Source of the DNA: Gemmatimonadota bacterium
GTDB taxonomy: Bacteria > Gemmatimonadota > Gemmatimonadetes > Gemmatimonadales > GWC2-71-9
Direction: 5' to 3'
DNA: 56,669 nt
NCBI GenBank assembly: GCA_039591795.1
Contig: JBDHCY010000015.1
Span: 1 to 56,669, forward strand
Shown here: one piece after another, positions 9,446 through 18,720 of the stretch
Position numbering within the stretch: position 1 is the stretch's first letter
Layout of the letters: every line of letters starts with the position of its first letter
Position numbers and translations under genes: made by a program
Notes under the pieces: model-generated
What the model was told of the DNA's origin: nothing
The model's database searches: none
The model's input: only the letters and a program-made list of their open reading frames with translations

Positions 9446-10485
9446 AGGTCACGCTCCTCACAGGGGGCACCTCGAGCGAGCGCGCGGTGGCTATTGCCTC
9501 GGGCGCACAGATGACTGCCGCGTTGCGCGGCCTCGGTTACGAGGTGGCCGTGGTCGATACTGCCCGCGGCTTGGTATCGGCGGACGAAGAGCAGTCATTC
9601 CTACGAACGGACCCCGGCTCTGCCCCACCGTCGCTCGACGAGCTCCGTGTCCTCGAACGCGGAATGCTGCTCGGAGGCCTGGGGGAAATCCGCGCTGTCC
9701 GCGAAGCGGACGTGATCTGCCTCGCGCTCCATGGAGGCCAGGGCGAGGACGGTACGCTGCAAGCCGTGTTGGACGTGCTAGGCCGTCCCTACACGGGGAG
9801 CGGGCACCTGCCGAGCGCACTCGCTATGGACAAGGACCTAGCGAAGCGGGTCTTTCAGACACACGCCATCCCGGTGCCCCGCTGGTCGATGGGGCCCATC
9901 CCCACCCGCAAGGCGGCGGCACTCGGATGGCCTGTCGTGGTCAAGCCGTCCAAGCAGGGGTCCACCGTCGGACTGTCACTCGTCCACGAGCCAGCAGACC
10001 TCGAAGCGGCGTACGACCTGGCGCTCGCCTACGATGACGAGATCATGGTGGAGGAGTTCATCGCCGGCCGTGAGCTCACTGTGGCCGTCTTGGGTGGTCG
10101 AGCCCTCCCGGTTGGTGAGATCGTCCCGCGGCACGAAATTTTCGACTACGAATGCAAGTACGTTCCAGGAATGGCTGAAGAGATTTTCCCGGCCCGGCTC
10201 GACGAGAAGACAGCGCGCCGCCTCCAAGGGGTCTCGCTCACGGCCCACCGGGCGCTGAAGCTCGGGGGGTACTCGCGAATCGACTTCCGAATGAGCGACG
10301 ACGGGGACATCTTCTGCTTGGAGGCGAACACGCTCCCGGGAATGACTGGAACCAGCCTCGTCCCGCAGGCGGCCAGCGCGGCTGGTCTCGCCTTTCCGGA
10401 GCTCTGCGCCGAGATCTGCCGGCTCGCCCTGGGCGATGCAGGCACACTGAGGGACCCAGACGAGCCTCTCGGAGGTAGAGAGTAA
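9442..10485 (+). CDS. ddl: D-alanine--D-alanine ligase
   Basis: GGTSSER, LHGGQGEDG, KPSKQGST, FDYECKY and EANTLPGMT. GTG start overlaps the queD stop. Confidence 0.96.
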   Translation: MKVTLLTGGTSSERAVAIASGAQMTAALRGLGYEVAVVDTARGLVSADEEQSFLRTDPGSAPPSLDELRVLERGMLLGGLGEIRAVREADVICLALHGGQGEDGTLQAVLDVLGRPYTGSGHLPSALAMDKDLAKRVFQTHAIPVPRWSMGPIPTRKAAALGWPVVVKPSKQGSTVGLSLVHEPADLEAAYDLALAYDDEIMVEEFIAGRELTVAVLGGRALPVGEIVPRHEIFDYECKYVPGMAEEIFPARLDEKTARRLQGVSLTAHRALKLGGYSRIDFRMSDDGDIFCLEANTLPGMTGTSLVPQAASAAGLAFPELCAEICRLALGDAGTLRDPDEPLGGRE

Positions 10486-10502
10486 GAGCGAGCTCACTCA
10501 CC

Positions 10503-11336
10503 ATGTCTCCTCCGCGTCTTTTCCGGTTCACCCCTTGGGTGCGGCGAATTCTCGCCGCCAATGTGGGTGTGTTTTTTTTGCAGGAGACGATCTTCACGGG
10601 CCGATGGGCCGTCGAGACCTTCGGGTTCGCACCAACTCAAGCCCTCATGCGCCCGTGGAGCGCTTTCACGTACATGTTCCTCCACGGCGGTTTCTTGCAC
10701 CTCGCCGTCAACATGCTGATGCTGTTCATCTTCGGGGGTATGGTCGAGGAGCGGCTGGGGAGCCGGTCGTTCGCGCGCTATTACGTCATCAGCGGACTCG
10801 GGGGTGCCGCGCTCTCGCTCCTCCTGGGGCCCGCGCTCGGGGTCGGGCAGATCCCGGTTATTGGAGCCTCCGGCGCTGTGCTCGGCGTTGCCCTTGCGTT
10901 TGCCTATTTCTGGCCCGACGCACCGGTGTTCATTTTCCCCTTCCCCGTCCCCATCAAGGTGAAGTGGCTGGTCGCGTTCCTCGCTGTGACGAACCTCGTC
11001 TCCGCGATCAATTCGGCCCAGCATGGCGTCGCGTATCTCGCACATCTAGGCGGGTTCGCGGCTGGCTATCTCTTCCTCAAGCTTCGGGCCGGCGCTTCGG
11101 GAGGCACCCCGGGTCCCGTACCGCGGGTCGTACCGACCAAGGTCCTCGTTCATCCAGCTGCCCGCCGGCGCGCCCAGGCCCCACCAGCGCAGCCCGAACC
11201 CGACAGCCCCACGCAGCAACGCAAAGAGATCGACCGCGTGCTCGAGAAGATCTCCGCTGAGGGAGTGGGATCGTTGTCCGAACACGAGCGGCGACTTCTC
11301 CTCGAAGAGAGTGAACGGCTGCGGAAGAAGGAGTAG
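10503..11336 (+). CDS. Rhomboid intramembrane serine protease with C-terminal DUF6576-like tail
   Basis: TYMFLHGGFLHL..NM, GASG catalytic Ser, AHLGG catalytic His, and tail IDRVLEKISAEG. Confidence 0.93.
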   Translation: MSPPRLFRFTPWVRRILAANVGVFFLQETIFTGRWAVETFGFAPTQALMRPWSAFTYMFLHGGFLHLAVNMLMLFIFGGMVEERLGSRSFARYYVISGLGGAALSLLLGPALGVGQIPVIGASGAVLGVALAFAYFWPDAPVFIFPFPVPIKVKWLVAFLAVTNLVSAINSAQHGVAYLAHLGGFAAGYLFLKLRAGASGGTPGPVPRVVPTKVLVHPAARRRAQAPPAQPEPDSPTQQRKEIDRVLEKISAEGVGSLSEHERRLLLEESERLRKKE

Positions 11337-11459
11337 CGCGGAAGGGGTCTAGAATCGACGCCCTTGACAACCGTGCAAAAGCACGCCACCGGGCAGACAG
11401 ACGATTTCAATTCACATCTTGTCGCCCGCCAGCACACGAACCAAATTCTGCCCGGCACT

Positions 11460-12404
11460 ATGCTCATCAACCTCGTCCCCGAGTTCCTCGCCGTCCTCAG
11501 TGCCGGGGATCCCGTCGCCGCTTATCGAGACTATCTCGACCGCCACCGTCCCATCCTCGCCGCCTACTGGCACAACTACGTCCTGGACCTCGACGGCCCA
11601 CATGCTGAGGAAGTGATCCGGCGCACGGTTGCCGCCAACCGAAGAGATCTCCTCACGACCACGAACGAGGTCGACATCACGAAGGTCTGCGGGGAAGCGC
11701 TCGCTGCATCACTGCGCCTCTTCGAGGCGGACCGCCCGGTTGACTGTTACGTGATGGTCGGAGTAGGCGCAGCCAACGCGGGCGAGTTGGTGGTTGGTGG
11801 GCGCGGGATTGCCTTCGTGTGTGCCGAGCATTTCACCGGTCGAGCGAACCCCGAGACCATGGGGCTTGGGCTTCCCCCCGAGTTGCTACCTCTCTGGATC
11901 GCTCACGAGGTGGCACACACTGTTCGGTACACATCGCCGACGAGTCGTAGCGAGTTCGCGCGTGTGGTGGGCGAGAGCGGTGGGTTCTACGATTTTTGGG
12001 AGACGGGGACGCGGATCCCTCTACGGGAACAGCTTCTGAATGAGGGGCTCGCCGTGCGAGCCGCGATGGCGGCCGCTCCCGGGCACGCCATCTGGGAGTA
12101 CTACGGATACTCGCGCGGCCAGTACCGACGAGTGCGAGAACTCGACGCCTTTCTGCGACACGCGACCACCCCGGATCTCGATCGAGCAGGGCTCGGGCTC
12201 CGGCTGCGCTACCTTTCCGCTGGCATGAGCCCTTCAGCGCGACACGTGGCTGGCAGGGTCGTGCCCGAGCGCGCAGGCTACTACCTAGGCGCTCAACTCG
12301 CCGGCCCGTTCGTCGAGCGCCGGGGCATTGCCGCAGCACTGCGTGCCGCTCCGGACGAGTTCCGCAAGGCCGAGGAAGACGCTCACCGCATCGAGACTGC
12401 ATGA
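11460..12404 (+). CDS. Putative Zn-dependent protease (DUF2268/gluzincin-like)
   Basis: HEVAH (HExxH), downstream NEGLA third ligand, and AGYYLG. Confidence 0.7.
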   Translation: MLINLVPEFLAVLSAGDPVAAYRDYLDRHRPILAAYWHNYVLDLDGPHAEEVIRRTVAANRRDLLTTTNEVDITKVCGEALAASLRLFEADRPVDCYVMVGVGAANAGELVVGGRGIAFVCAEHFTGRANPETMGLGLPPELLPLWIAHEVAHTVRYTSPTSRSEFARVVGESGGFYDFWETGTRIPLREQLLNEGLAVRAAMAAAPGHAIWEYYGYSRGQYRRVRELDAFLRHATTPDLDRAGLGLRLRYLSAGMSPSARHVAGRVVPERAGYYLGAQLAGPFVERRGIAAALRAAPDEFRKAEEDAHRIETA

Positions 12405-12637
12405 AAACAACACGGCGATCTGCACAGCAGGGCAAAGAGTTCCCGGAGCGGCGGTCGAATTTCGAGCTTCGGGAGGTACTCGACGAGTTTCTACGGCTCA
12501 CGAGACATCTCGCGCGGCACGCGCGCGACCTGCCCGACGACGAACTGGCCGACATCGTCCGTCGCCTCGAGTGGCTCGCCGACGAGGTCGTCCGGATCAC
12601 GACCGCCATAACGGGATCGGATTTGACCCAGAGGTGA
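12401..12637 (+). CDS. Small helical hypothetical protein
   Basis: 78-aa ORF with ATGA overlap on the upstream stop. Amphipathic helical sequence (ELREVLDEFLRL…RLEWLADEV). Confidence 0.65.
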   Translation: MKTTRRSAQQGKEFPERRSNFELREVLDEFLRLTRHLARHARDLPDDELADIVRRLEWLADEVVRITTAITGSDLTQR

Positions 12638-12658
12638 CGACCGGTTAGGCGACAACAG

Positions 12659-14329
12659 CTACTTGCGCGCCACGACCCCCTGTCTCGCTGCTCGCTGACG
12701 CGCGATCAGCCATTGCTGCGGCAATGAGAAGATGTTCGTTGCTGCGTAGTAGAGATTCAATCCCGACGAGAACTTCAGGAACAAGACAGTCATCATTCCA
12801 GGCATGAAGTAAACCATCATCTTCGTCTGCGGGGTGGGCGGGGTCCCTCGTTGCCCGAGCTTCATTAGCGCAAACATCGAGAGCCCCATGAGGATCGGAA
12901 TGATGTAGATCGGGTCTGGGCGTGAGAGGTCCGGCAACCACAGGAACGGGACACCACGAAACTCGATGGTGTTGTTGAACACGAAGAAGAGAGCGAACAG
13001 GATCGGCATGGGGAGGAGCATTGGGAGGCACCCGCCGAGCGGGTTCACATTGTGCTCCTTGTAGAGCTTCATCATCTCCTGCTGAAGCCGCTGTTGGTCG
13101 CCCTTGTGCCGCTCTTGGAGCTCCTTCATGAGCGGTGCGACAGCCTGCATGCGGGAGCTTGACTCCATCGCTTTTTGGTTGAGGGGCCAGAGCAGCACTC
13201 GTATCCCGAGCCCAAACAGGATGAGCACCCAGCCGTAGGCGAGATTGAGTCGCTCGTGAAGCCACACGAGGATGTTCACCACGACTCCCGCGATGGGCCG
13301 AATGACCGGTCGCAGGAACCAGCCGTAGGGATTCACGTCTTCGAAATCGTCGCCGACTGACCTGAGGCGCCGGTGTTCCTGAGGCCCGACGTACACGTCG
13401 TAGCCGAACGTGCCCTGTTGGGAAACAGGTAGCGTGGCCACCGCGTCGAGGCGAGAAGCGACCTTGCCATCTCGGACTCCACCCGCGACCAAAACACCGC
13501 CGAAGGGCACGGCTCCCTCGTGATTGGCGAGCGCCGCGGCCACGAAGTACTTCGACTTCGTGGCAAACCACGTGAATGGTCCCGCCAGCGTGTCTACTTC
13601 GGCGGGCTGCACTTTGCCGAAGCCTACGCTCGAGGTGGAACGTGCCTTGGTGACGACGGCGTAGCTCCGGTGATCGCCTGACGTGTCGGATTCGCCGGAG
13701 CGGAGTCCCGCTCCGAGCCCAACCGTGAGGACGGCTCCGGTAGCAGGGAGTCCCTCGATCTGCCCTCGTACCTGGAATCGGTAGGCGTCGGGCGAGAAGC
13801 GATAGGTCAGCAGGACGCGGAGCCCGCCAAGGTCGCCGTCGAGCGTGACCTCTTCGTCTCGGTCTCCGACCTGCACCTGAGTGCGACTTGGCGTGAAGGC
13901 GTGTCCAGCAAAATGGAGCGTGTCGGCGCCCATCACGAGTGCATGATCGAGCAGTGGTGCGTCGTCTCGGACGAGCTGAAGGCTGCCACTATCTGTTGGA
14001 GCTAAGCTCTCGTAGTCGAGAAGCCATGCCTCTTCGAGCCGCCCCCCACCGGTGCTCACCTGATACCGATAGAGCGCAGACGAGATCGTCACCGTCTCCG
14101 CTTCCCGCTCTGGGGGCAGGACGTCCGGGGCCCCGCGAACCACCGGAACACGCTCAGGAGGAGGCGCAGGGACCTCCGGGACGGGTTCGGGACCCACCCG
14201 AGCCCGGTCCGCCGGCACGGTAGTCGTATCGGTGGGTCCGCCGGCAGGGGGCGTGGGCGGAAAGAGAAGGCTCGGCAGCACGGCCACGGCGATCATCAAA
14301 AGGACCGCCAAGATCAGGCGCTTTTCCAT
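12659..14329 (-). CDS. yidC: Membrane protein insertase YidC
   Basis: N-terminal anchor MEKRLILAV, periplasmic domain, NPLGGCLP, FLWLPDLSRPDP and GLNLYY. Start placed at ATG 14329. Confidence 0.97.
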   Translation of the reverse strand: MEKRLILAVLLMIAVAVLPSLLFPPTPPAGGPTDTTTVPADRARVGPEPVPEVPAPPPERVPVVRGAPDVLPPEREAETVTISSALYRYQVSTGGGRLEEAWLLDYESLAPTDSGSLQLVRDDAPLLDHALVMGADTLHFAGHAFTPSRTQVQVGDRDEEVTLDGDLGGLRVLLTYRFSPDAYRFQVRGQIEGLPATGAVLTVGLGAGLRSGESDTSGDHRSYAVVTKARSTSSVGFGKVQPAEVDTLAGPFTWFATKSKYFVAAALANHEGAVPFGGVLVAGGVRDGKVASRLDAVATLPVSQQGTFGYDVYVGPQEHRRLRSVGDDFEDVNPYGWFLRPVIRPIAGVVVNILVWLHERLNLAYGWVLILFGLGIRVLLWPLNQKAMESSSRMQAVAPLMKELQERHKGDQQRLQQEMMKLYKEHNVNPLGGCLPMLLPMPILFALFFVFNNTIEFRGVPFLWLPDLSRPDPIYIIPILMGLSMFALMKLGQRGTPPTPQTKMMVYFMPGMMTVLFLKFSSGLNLYYAATNIFSLPQQWLIARQRAARQGVVARK

Positions 14330-14334
14330 ACCGT

Positions 14335-14562
14335 CTAGGGCACTGGGTCGAAGCCACCGCGGTGGAACGGATGGCATCGGAGGAGGCGCCGCGCGCCCAG
14401 CCACGACCCTCTGGCCAGGCCGTGCCGCTCGATGGCTTCACAAGCGTAGGCGGAGCAGGATGGGCTGAAACGACATGTGGGTGGTAGGAGAGGGCTGACG
14501 GCGCGCTGGTAGGCACGAACTGCCAACACGCCACACCGTCTCGGGACGTCGGTCAAGCGCAT
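14335..14562 (-). CDS. yidD: Membrane protein insertion efficiency factor YidD
   Basis: YQRAVSP…[11 protein letters not shown]…[15 protein letters not shown]. Confidence 0.95.
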   Translation of the reverse strand: MRLTDVPRRCGVLAVRAYQRAVSPLLPPTCRFSPSCSAYACEAIERHGLARGSWLGARRLLRCHPFHRGGFDPVP

Positions 14563-14891
14563 GGTGCCAGGGTTTCCAGCTCGCTGGAGAGCTCTGCGAA
14601 ACCCGCTCGGTAGGCAGCGGGGCGGGCACGGATCACGATGTCGAGGGAGCCCAACGAACCCAGGACGCGGCGCCGCGTGATTTCCCGGAGCCGGCGCCGG
14701 AGCCGGTTCCGGGCCACCGCGGTCTGGCGGTATCGGGGCACCACAATGGCGACCCGGGGGTGCCCAGATTCCGTCGGATGCCATGCCATCTCGACGAGCC
14801 TCGACCGGCGCCGCTTCCCCTCTGCCCAGCACTGCGCGATTTCTCGCTCGTGCCGCAACCGAAACGATGGGGGGAAGCGCTCGCCCGGCGT
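14553..14891 (-). CDS. rnpA: Ribonuclease P protein component (start codon uncertain: ACG 14891 or TTG 14858)
   Basis: RNR motif [13 protein letters not shown] and position between rpmH and yidD. The frame continues as [12 protein letters not shown] upstream of the TTG. Confidence 0.9.
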   Translation of the reverse strand, partial: TPGERFPPSFRLRHEREIAQCWAEGKRRRSRLVEMAWHPTESGHPRVAIVVPRYRQTAVARNRLRRRLREITRRRVLGSLGSLDIVIRARPAAYRAGFAELSSELETLAPCA

Positions 14892-15055
14892 TAGTGCTTT
14901 CCTCGATGCTTGCTGGGGAGGCTGACTGCGATCCGTTTGCGGCCCTTTTTCCGCCGTCGTGAGAGTACGGCTCGGCCCCAGCGCGTTTCCATTCGCGCGC
15001 GGAATCCGTGACGATTAATGCGCCGCCGGTTCCGCGGCCGGTACGTCGGCTTCAT
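14891..15055 (-). CDS. rpmH: 50S ribosomal protein L34 (54 aa, short C-terminal extension)
   Basis: MKPTYRP…[21 protein letters not shown]. Confidence 0.97.
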   Translation of the reverse strand: MKPTYRPRNRRRINRHGFRARMETRWGRAVLSRRRKKGRKRIAVSLPSKHRGKH

Positions 15056-15120
15056 GCAAAGTGATCCCTCCAACGGGGCCGAAAAGCTACTCAGGACAAG
15101 GGCTTGCGGTCAAGGTTGAC

Positions 15121-15129
15121 TTTTCCACA
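15121..15129 (+). promoter_or_regulatory. DnaA box in the rpmH/dnaA divergent promoter region
   Basis: TTTTCCACA fits TTWTNCACA and lies 60 bp upstream of the dnaA start. Confidence 0.7.
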
Positions 15130-15188
15130 CGGCGCCTGTAGCTTCGCCTCCGCCCTTGCAGTACGCCCCACCCAACGACGTCTGCGCT

Positions 15189-16571
15189 ATGGAGTTGTCG
15201 CCGAAGGAAGTCTGGAAACGCTTGCTCGAGGAGGCCCGCACAGAGCTGCCTCCCGCGACGGTCCGCACGTGGCTCGAGCCGGCGACACCGATCGCCCTCG
15301 ACGACGGGCGGCTGATCGTCGGTGCACCCGATCAGTTCGCCGTTGAATGGAACGAGTCAAAGCACGGTGGTCTGCTTTCGAGCTTGGCAGAGCGCGTGTT
15401 CGAACAGCCGCTCACCGTGGTCTTCCGAGTTCAGGAGGACCGCCAGCGACGGCCACAGATGGACTTTTTCGTGAGTCCCCAGGGCCAGTCCAGTCCGGCA
15501 GCCGCACGCCGCGGCACCGCTCCGCTCAACGACCGATACACCTTCGCCCATTTCGTCATCGGGAAGTCGAATGAGCTCGGTGCTGCCGCCGCGCATGCCG
15601 TCGCCGAGGCCCCCGGGAAGAGCTACAACCCCCTCTTCATCTACGGCCAAACCGGACTAGGCAAGACTCACCTGATGCAGGCGATCGCCCATGCTGTCCT
15701 TGCACGGGATCCAGCTGCCCAGGTTGCCTATCTTGGCGCCGAGCAATTCATCAACGAAGTGATCGAGTCAATCCATGCCCGGACGATGCCCGAGTTTCGG
15801 CGGCGCTATCGCACCGACATGGACCTGTTTCTCGTAGACGATGTGCATTTCCTCGAAGGCAAGGAGATGACGCAGGAGGAGTTCTTCCACACCTTCAACG
15901 CGCTCTTCGAGGCCCGGAAGCAAATCGTCCTCACGTCAGACCGTCCCCCGAAAGAGATCCCCGGCCTCGAGGCCAGGCTCGTCTCGCGCTTCGAGTGGGG
16001 GATGGTGGCAGACATCGGCCAACCCGACCTCGAGCATCGGATCGCCATCCTCCGCAAGAAGGCCGAGCAGGACCATCTCGAACTGACGATTCCGGACGAC
16101 GTGCTGCGCTTTATCGCCGAGCACGTGCGCTCAAGCGTGCGCGAGTTGGAGGGCTGCATCATCAAGCTCCTCCTCTTCGCCTCGCTGAAGCACCGCGAGG
16201 TCACCATCGACCTCGCCCGCGAAGCGCTGTCCGACCGCATCGGGGTCACCGGCGACGCTGCACCGACAGCCGGCTGGCCGATGCCATCGATCAGTCGGGT
16301 GCAGGAAGTCGTCGCGCGTCGATGGGGGGTTACTCCTGAGGGGCTCCGGTCGAAGACACGAACCAAGACGCTGACCGTGCCTCGTCAAGTAGCGATGTAT
16401 CTTGCCCGCGACACGCTGGGGATGCAGCTCGTCGAGATCGGGCAGGCTTTCGGAGGCCGAGATCACTCCACCGTGATCCACTCGGTCGACAAGGTCAACC
16501 GTCAGTTGCAGCGTGACCGGCATTTCCGTGAGCAGGTGGAACTCGCGAAGCGAGAGCTCGTCACCGCATGA
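15189..16571 (+). CDS. dnaA: Chromosomal replication initiator DnaA
   Basis: YNPLFIYGQTGLGKTHL, DDVHF, QEEFFHTFN, RLVSRFEWG, VRELEG and FGGRDHSTVIH. Confidence 0.99.
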   Translation: MELSPKEVWKRLLEEARTELPPATVRTWLEPATPIALDDGRLIVGAPDQFAVEWNESKHGGLLSSLAERVFEQPLTVVFRVQEDRQRRPQMDFFVSPQGQSSPAAARRGTAPLNDRYTFAHFVIGKSNELGAAAAHAVAEAPGKSYNPLFIYGQTGLGKTHLMQAIAHAVLARDPAAQVAYLGAEQFINEVIESIHARTMPEFRRRYRTDMDLFLVDDVHFLEGKEMTQEEFFHTFNALFEARKQIVLTSDRPPKEIPGLEARLVSRFEWGMVADIGQPDLEHRIAILRKKAEQDHLELTIPDDVLRFIAEHVRSSVRELEGCIIKLLLFASLKHREVTIDLAREALSDRIGVTGDAAPTAGWPMPSISRVQEVVARRWGVTPEGLRSKTRTKTLTVPRQVAMYLARDTLGMQLVEIGQAFGGRDHSTVIHSVDKVNRQLQRDRHFREQVELAKRELVTA

Positions 16572-16804
16572 CCCACATATCGACAACCGATGTGTGGGGA
16601 GTGCGGATTACTGGCGACACTGCGCGGCAACAGGTGAGTTGCTGACATGTCGTCATGGATTCCACAATCGGCTCGTGGCGCGCGCGCCCCGACAGCACAT
16701 GGAGTTAGGTCAGTTATGCGCATATCAGCCTTCCCTACTACTACGGCTAGCTTGTCTTATCTTGAAGTCGTAATAGGCCTTCTCCCACAACGGTGTGTGG
16801 AATG
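16569..16804. promoter_or_regulatory. Candidate oriC (dnaA-dnaN intergenic region)
   Basis: Degenerate DnaA boxes: TGACCCACA 16569, TGCGGATTA 16602, GATTCCACA 16658, TTATGCGCA 16714, TCTCCCACA 16781, TGTGGAATG 16796. DnaA-trio-like TACTACTAC at 16736-16744 followed by a more AT-rich tract. Confidence 0.6.
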
Positions 16805-17908
16805 AAGTTTACGATCACGCGGGAACAGCTGTTCGAGGGATTGGCGGCCGTCCAGGCCAGCATCCCCGCGAAGACGACGCTCCCAGTGCTATCCAACATC
16901 CTGCTCGAGGCGGGCACCGATAGCCTTCGGCTTTCCGGCACGGACTTGGACATGTCGGTCAGCACCGTCGTGCCAGCCGAGGTAGATGAGGGTGGCGCAA
17001 TCACACTTCCGGCTCGGAAACTCCTCGAACTGGTTCGTGAGCTTCCGGCGAGTGCCATCCGAGTAACATCAGCCGGCGAGCAGCGCGTGTCGCTTGAGTG
17101 TGGGCGAACACGCATCAAGCTCTTGGGGTTGCCCACGGAGGATTTTCCCGCATTCCCGCCCGTGCCGTTTGGAGAGGGCTGGCGGACGACAGCGGCCGAC
17201 CTACAGAAACTGATCGGCCATGTGGCTTTCGCCTCATCGACCGAAGAGAGCCGACCGATCCTGAACGGCGTCTTGTGGGAGCTCAGAAACAACCGGATGC
17301 GAATGGTCGCGACGAACGGTCATCGGCTGGCGCGGATGGATGTGCCCACGGAGGGTGCGTCCGATGCCGACCTGATCGTGCCTCCAAAGGCCCTCGAGCA
17401 GGTACGGAAGCTCTTTCCGGCGGACGCCTCGGTCGAAATCGCCCGGAGCGACAACCACATTGGCTTCGAGGCTGGGTCGACGTGGGTGTACAGCCGGCTC
17501 ATCGAAGGCCCCTACCCGAACTACGAGCAGGTCATTCCGCGAGAGAACGACAAGGTGGCGACGGTCGATCGAACTGCGCTCCAGGGTGCGCTTCGACGGG
17601 CCAGTGTCGTCGCAAGCGACCAAACACACCGTGTGCGACTGGGCTTTCAACCTGGGACGCTCAAGATCTCCGTGCAAACTCCAGATCTCGGCGAGGCGGC
17701 CGACGAGGTGTCGGTTACCTACGAGGGCGAAGCCATGGAGATCGGCTTCAACGCCACTTACGTGCTCGAGATCCTCAAGTATATGCCGACCGAGGAAGTA
17801 CGACTCAGCTTCAAAGCTCCGGAGCGCGCTGCGACGATCGAGCCGGTCGGTTGGGACGACCCAGCGAGCTATCTGTGTCTGGTGATGCCACTGCGGCTCG
17901 TGGACTGA
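16802..17908 (+). CDS. dnaN: DNA polymerase III beta sliding clamp
   Basis: TTLPVLSNIL, RPILNGVL, VATNGHRL, SRLIEGPYPNYEQVIP, IGFNATY and VMPLR. Confidence 0.98.
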   Translation: MKFTITREQLFEGLAAVQASIPAKTTLPVLSNILLEAGTDSLRLSGTDLDMSVSTVVPAEVDEGGAITLPARKLLELVRELPASAIRVTSAGEQRVSLECGRTRIKLLGLPTEDFPAFPPVPFGEGWRTTAADLQKLIGHVAFASSTEESRPILNGVLWELRNNRMRMVATNGHRLARMDVPTEGASDADLIVPPKALEQVRKLFPADASVEIARSDNHIGFEAGSTWVYSRLIEGPYPNYEQVIPRENDKVATVDRTALQGALRRASVVASDQTHRVRLGFQPGTLKISVQTPDLGEAADEVSVTYEGEAMEIGFNATYVLEILKYMPTEEVRLSFKAPERAATIEPVGWDDPASYLCLVMPLRLVD

Positions 17909-17922
17909 CGCGACCGGGCCCC

Positions 17923-18720
17923 TCAGCGCCCTACGAGCCGGGTTGATGAGCCCGAAACGCTGAGCAAATCCACGCGCTCGAACGATTTGGGCACGGTCGC
18001 GCCGAGCTGAACGAGATCCTGCCCGCCGAGACCGAATCCAAAACTGAGCCGAGCGTTGTCGGTGTCCTGTGGGACGTCAATCCGCGCAAGCAGCGTGATC
18101 GGAAGGCGCCCGCCGATGCGAAGCGTTGCCCCCGCCGCCCATTGCTCGAAGCGGTTCTCGGTGGCGGTCATGCCGCCAGAGATCGATAGGAAGCCGCCCG
18201 CCAGCCAGGTCGCGTCTGCCCGGAGCGTGAGAGGGAGCGGCGCACCTCCAATCGTCGGGCGCCCAATGTTGGACACATCAGCCGCCACCCGCAGGGAGGA
18301 CGAGAGAATATGCAGGAGACCTGCCTCCCACCCTGTCCCGCTTCCGTTGCCGCGATAGAACGTCGCTGCAAAGCCGAGCGACGTGCGACGGGCGGCGCGC
18401 CCGAAGGCGAGCCGGTAGGTGTCTCGGACTCCCTCGGGTTGGAGCAGATCGTGCTGGTATCCAAAACCGAGACCCCGCGAGCTCGCGGCGGCGCTCCACT
18501 GTGACGCTCGAGCTCCATCCTCGAAGGGCGTCATGATGCTCACGTCGGCAGCGACGGAGGCGTAGAGCGGGAGGCCAAGGGCGGCGGGATTCACCCACAT
18601 GGCGCGCGCGTCGGACAGATCGCTCGCAAACATCAGAGTCGTTGCACGATTCGGCACGGCGGTCTGGGCTGAGAGCGGCGCCCAGAGGCCGCATAAGACC
18701 AATGCCGCGGCGTGCCTCAC
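17923..18720 (-). CDS. Exported hypothetical protein, beta-strand rich (possible outer-membrane barrel)
   Basis: Signal peptide, N-terminal WVNPAALG (NPA-type motif) and alternating beta-strand pattern. Confidence 0.65.
   Translation of the reverse strand: MRHAAALVLCGLWAPLSAQTAVPNRATTLMFASDLSDARAMWVNPAALGLPLYASVAADVSIMTPFEDGARASQWSAAASSRGLGFGYQHDLLQPEGVRDTYRLAFGRAARRTSLGFAATFYRGNGSGTGWEAGLLHILSSSLRVAADVSNIGRPTIGGAPLPLTLRADATWLAGGFLSISGGMTATENRFEQWAAGATLRIGGRLPITLLARIDVPQDTDNARLSFGFGLGGQDLVQLGATVPKSFERVDLLSVSGSSTRLVGR

Noticed and set aside
14553-15060. Thermus-type rnpA reading through the whole of rpmH from an upstream start
   Set aside because: The rnpA frame has a TAA stop at 15015-15017, inside rpmH.
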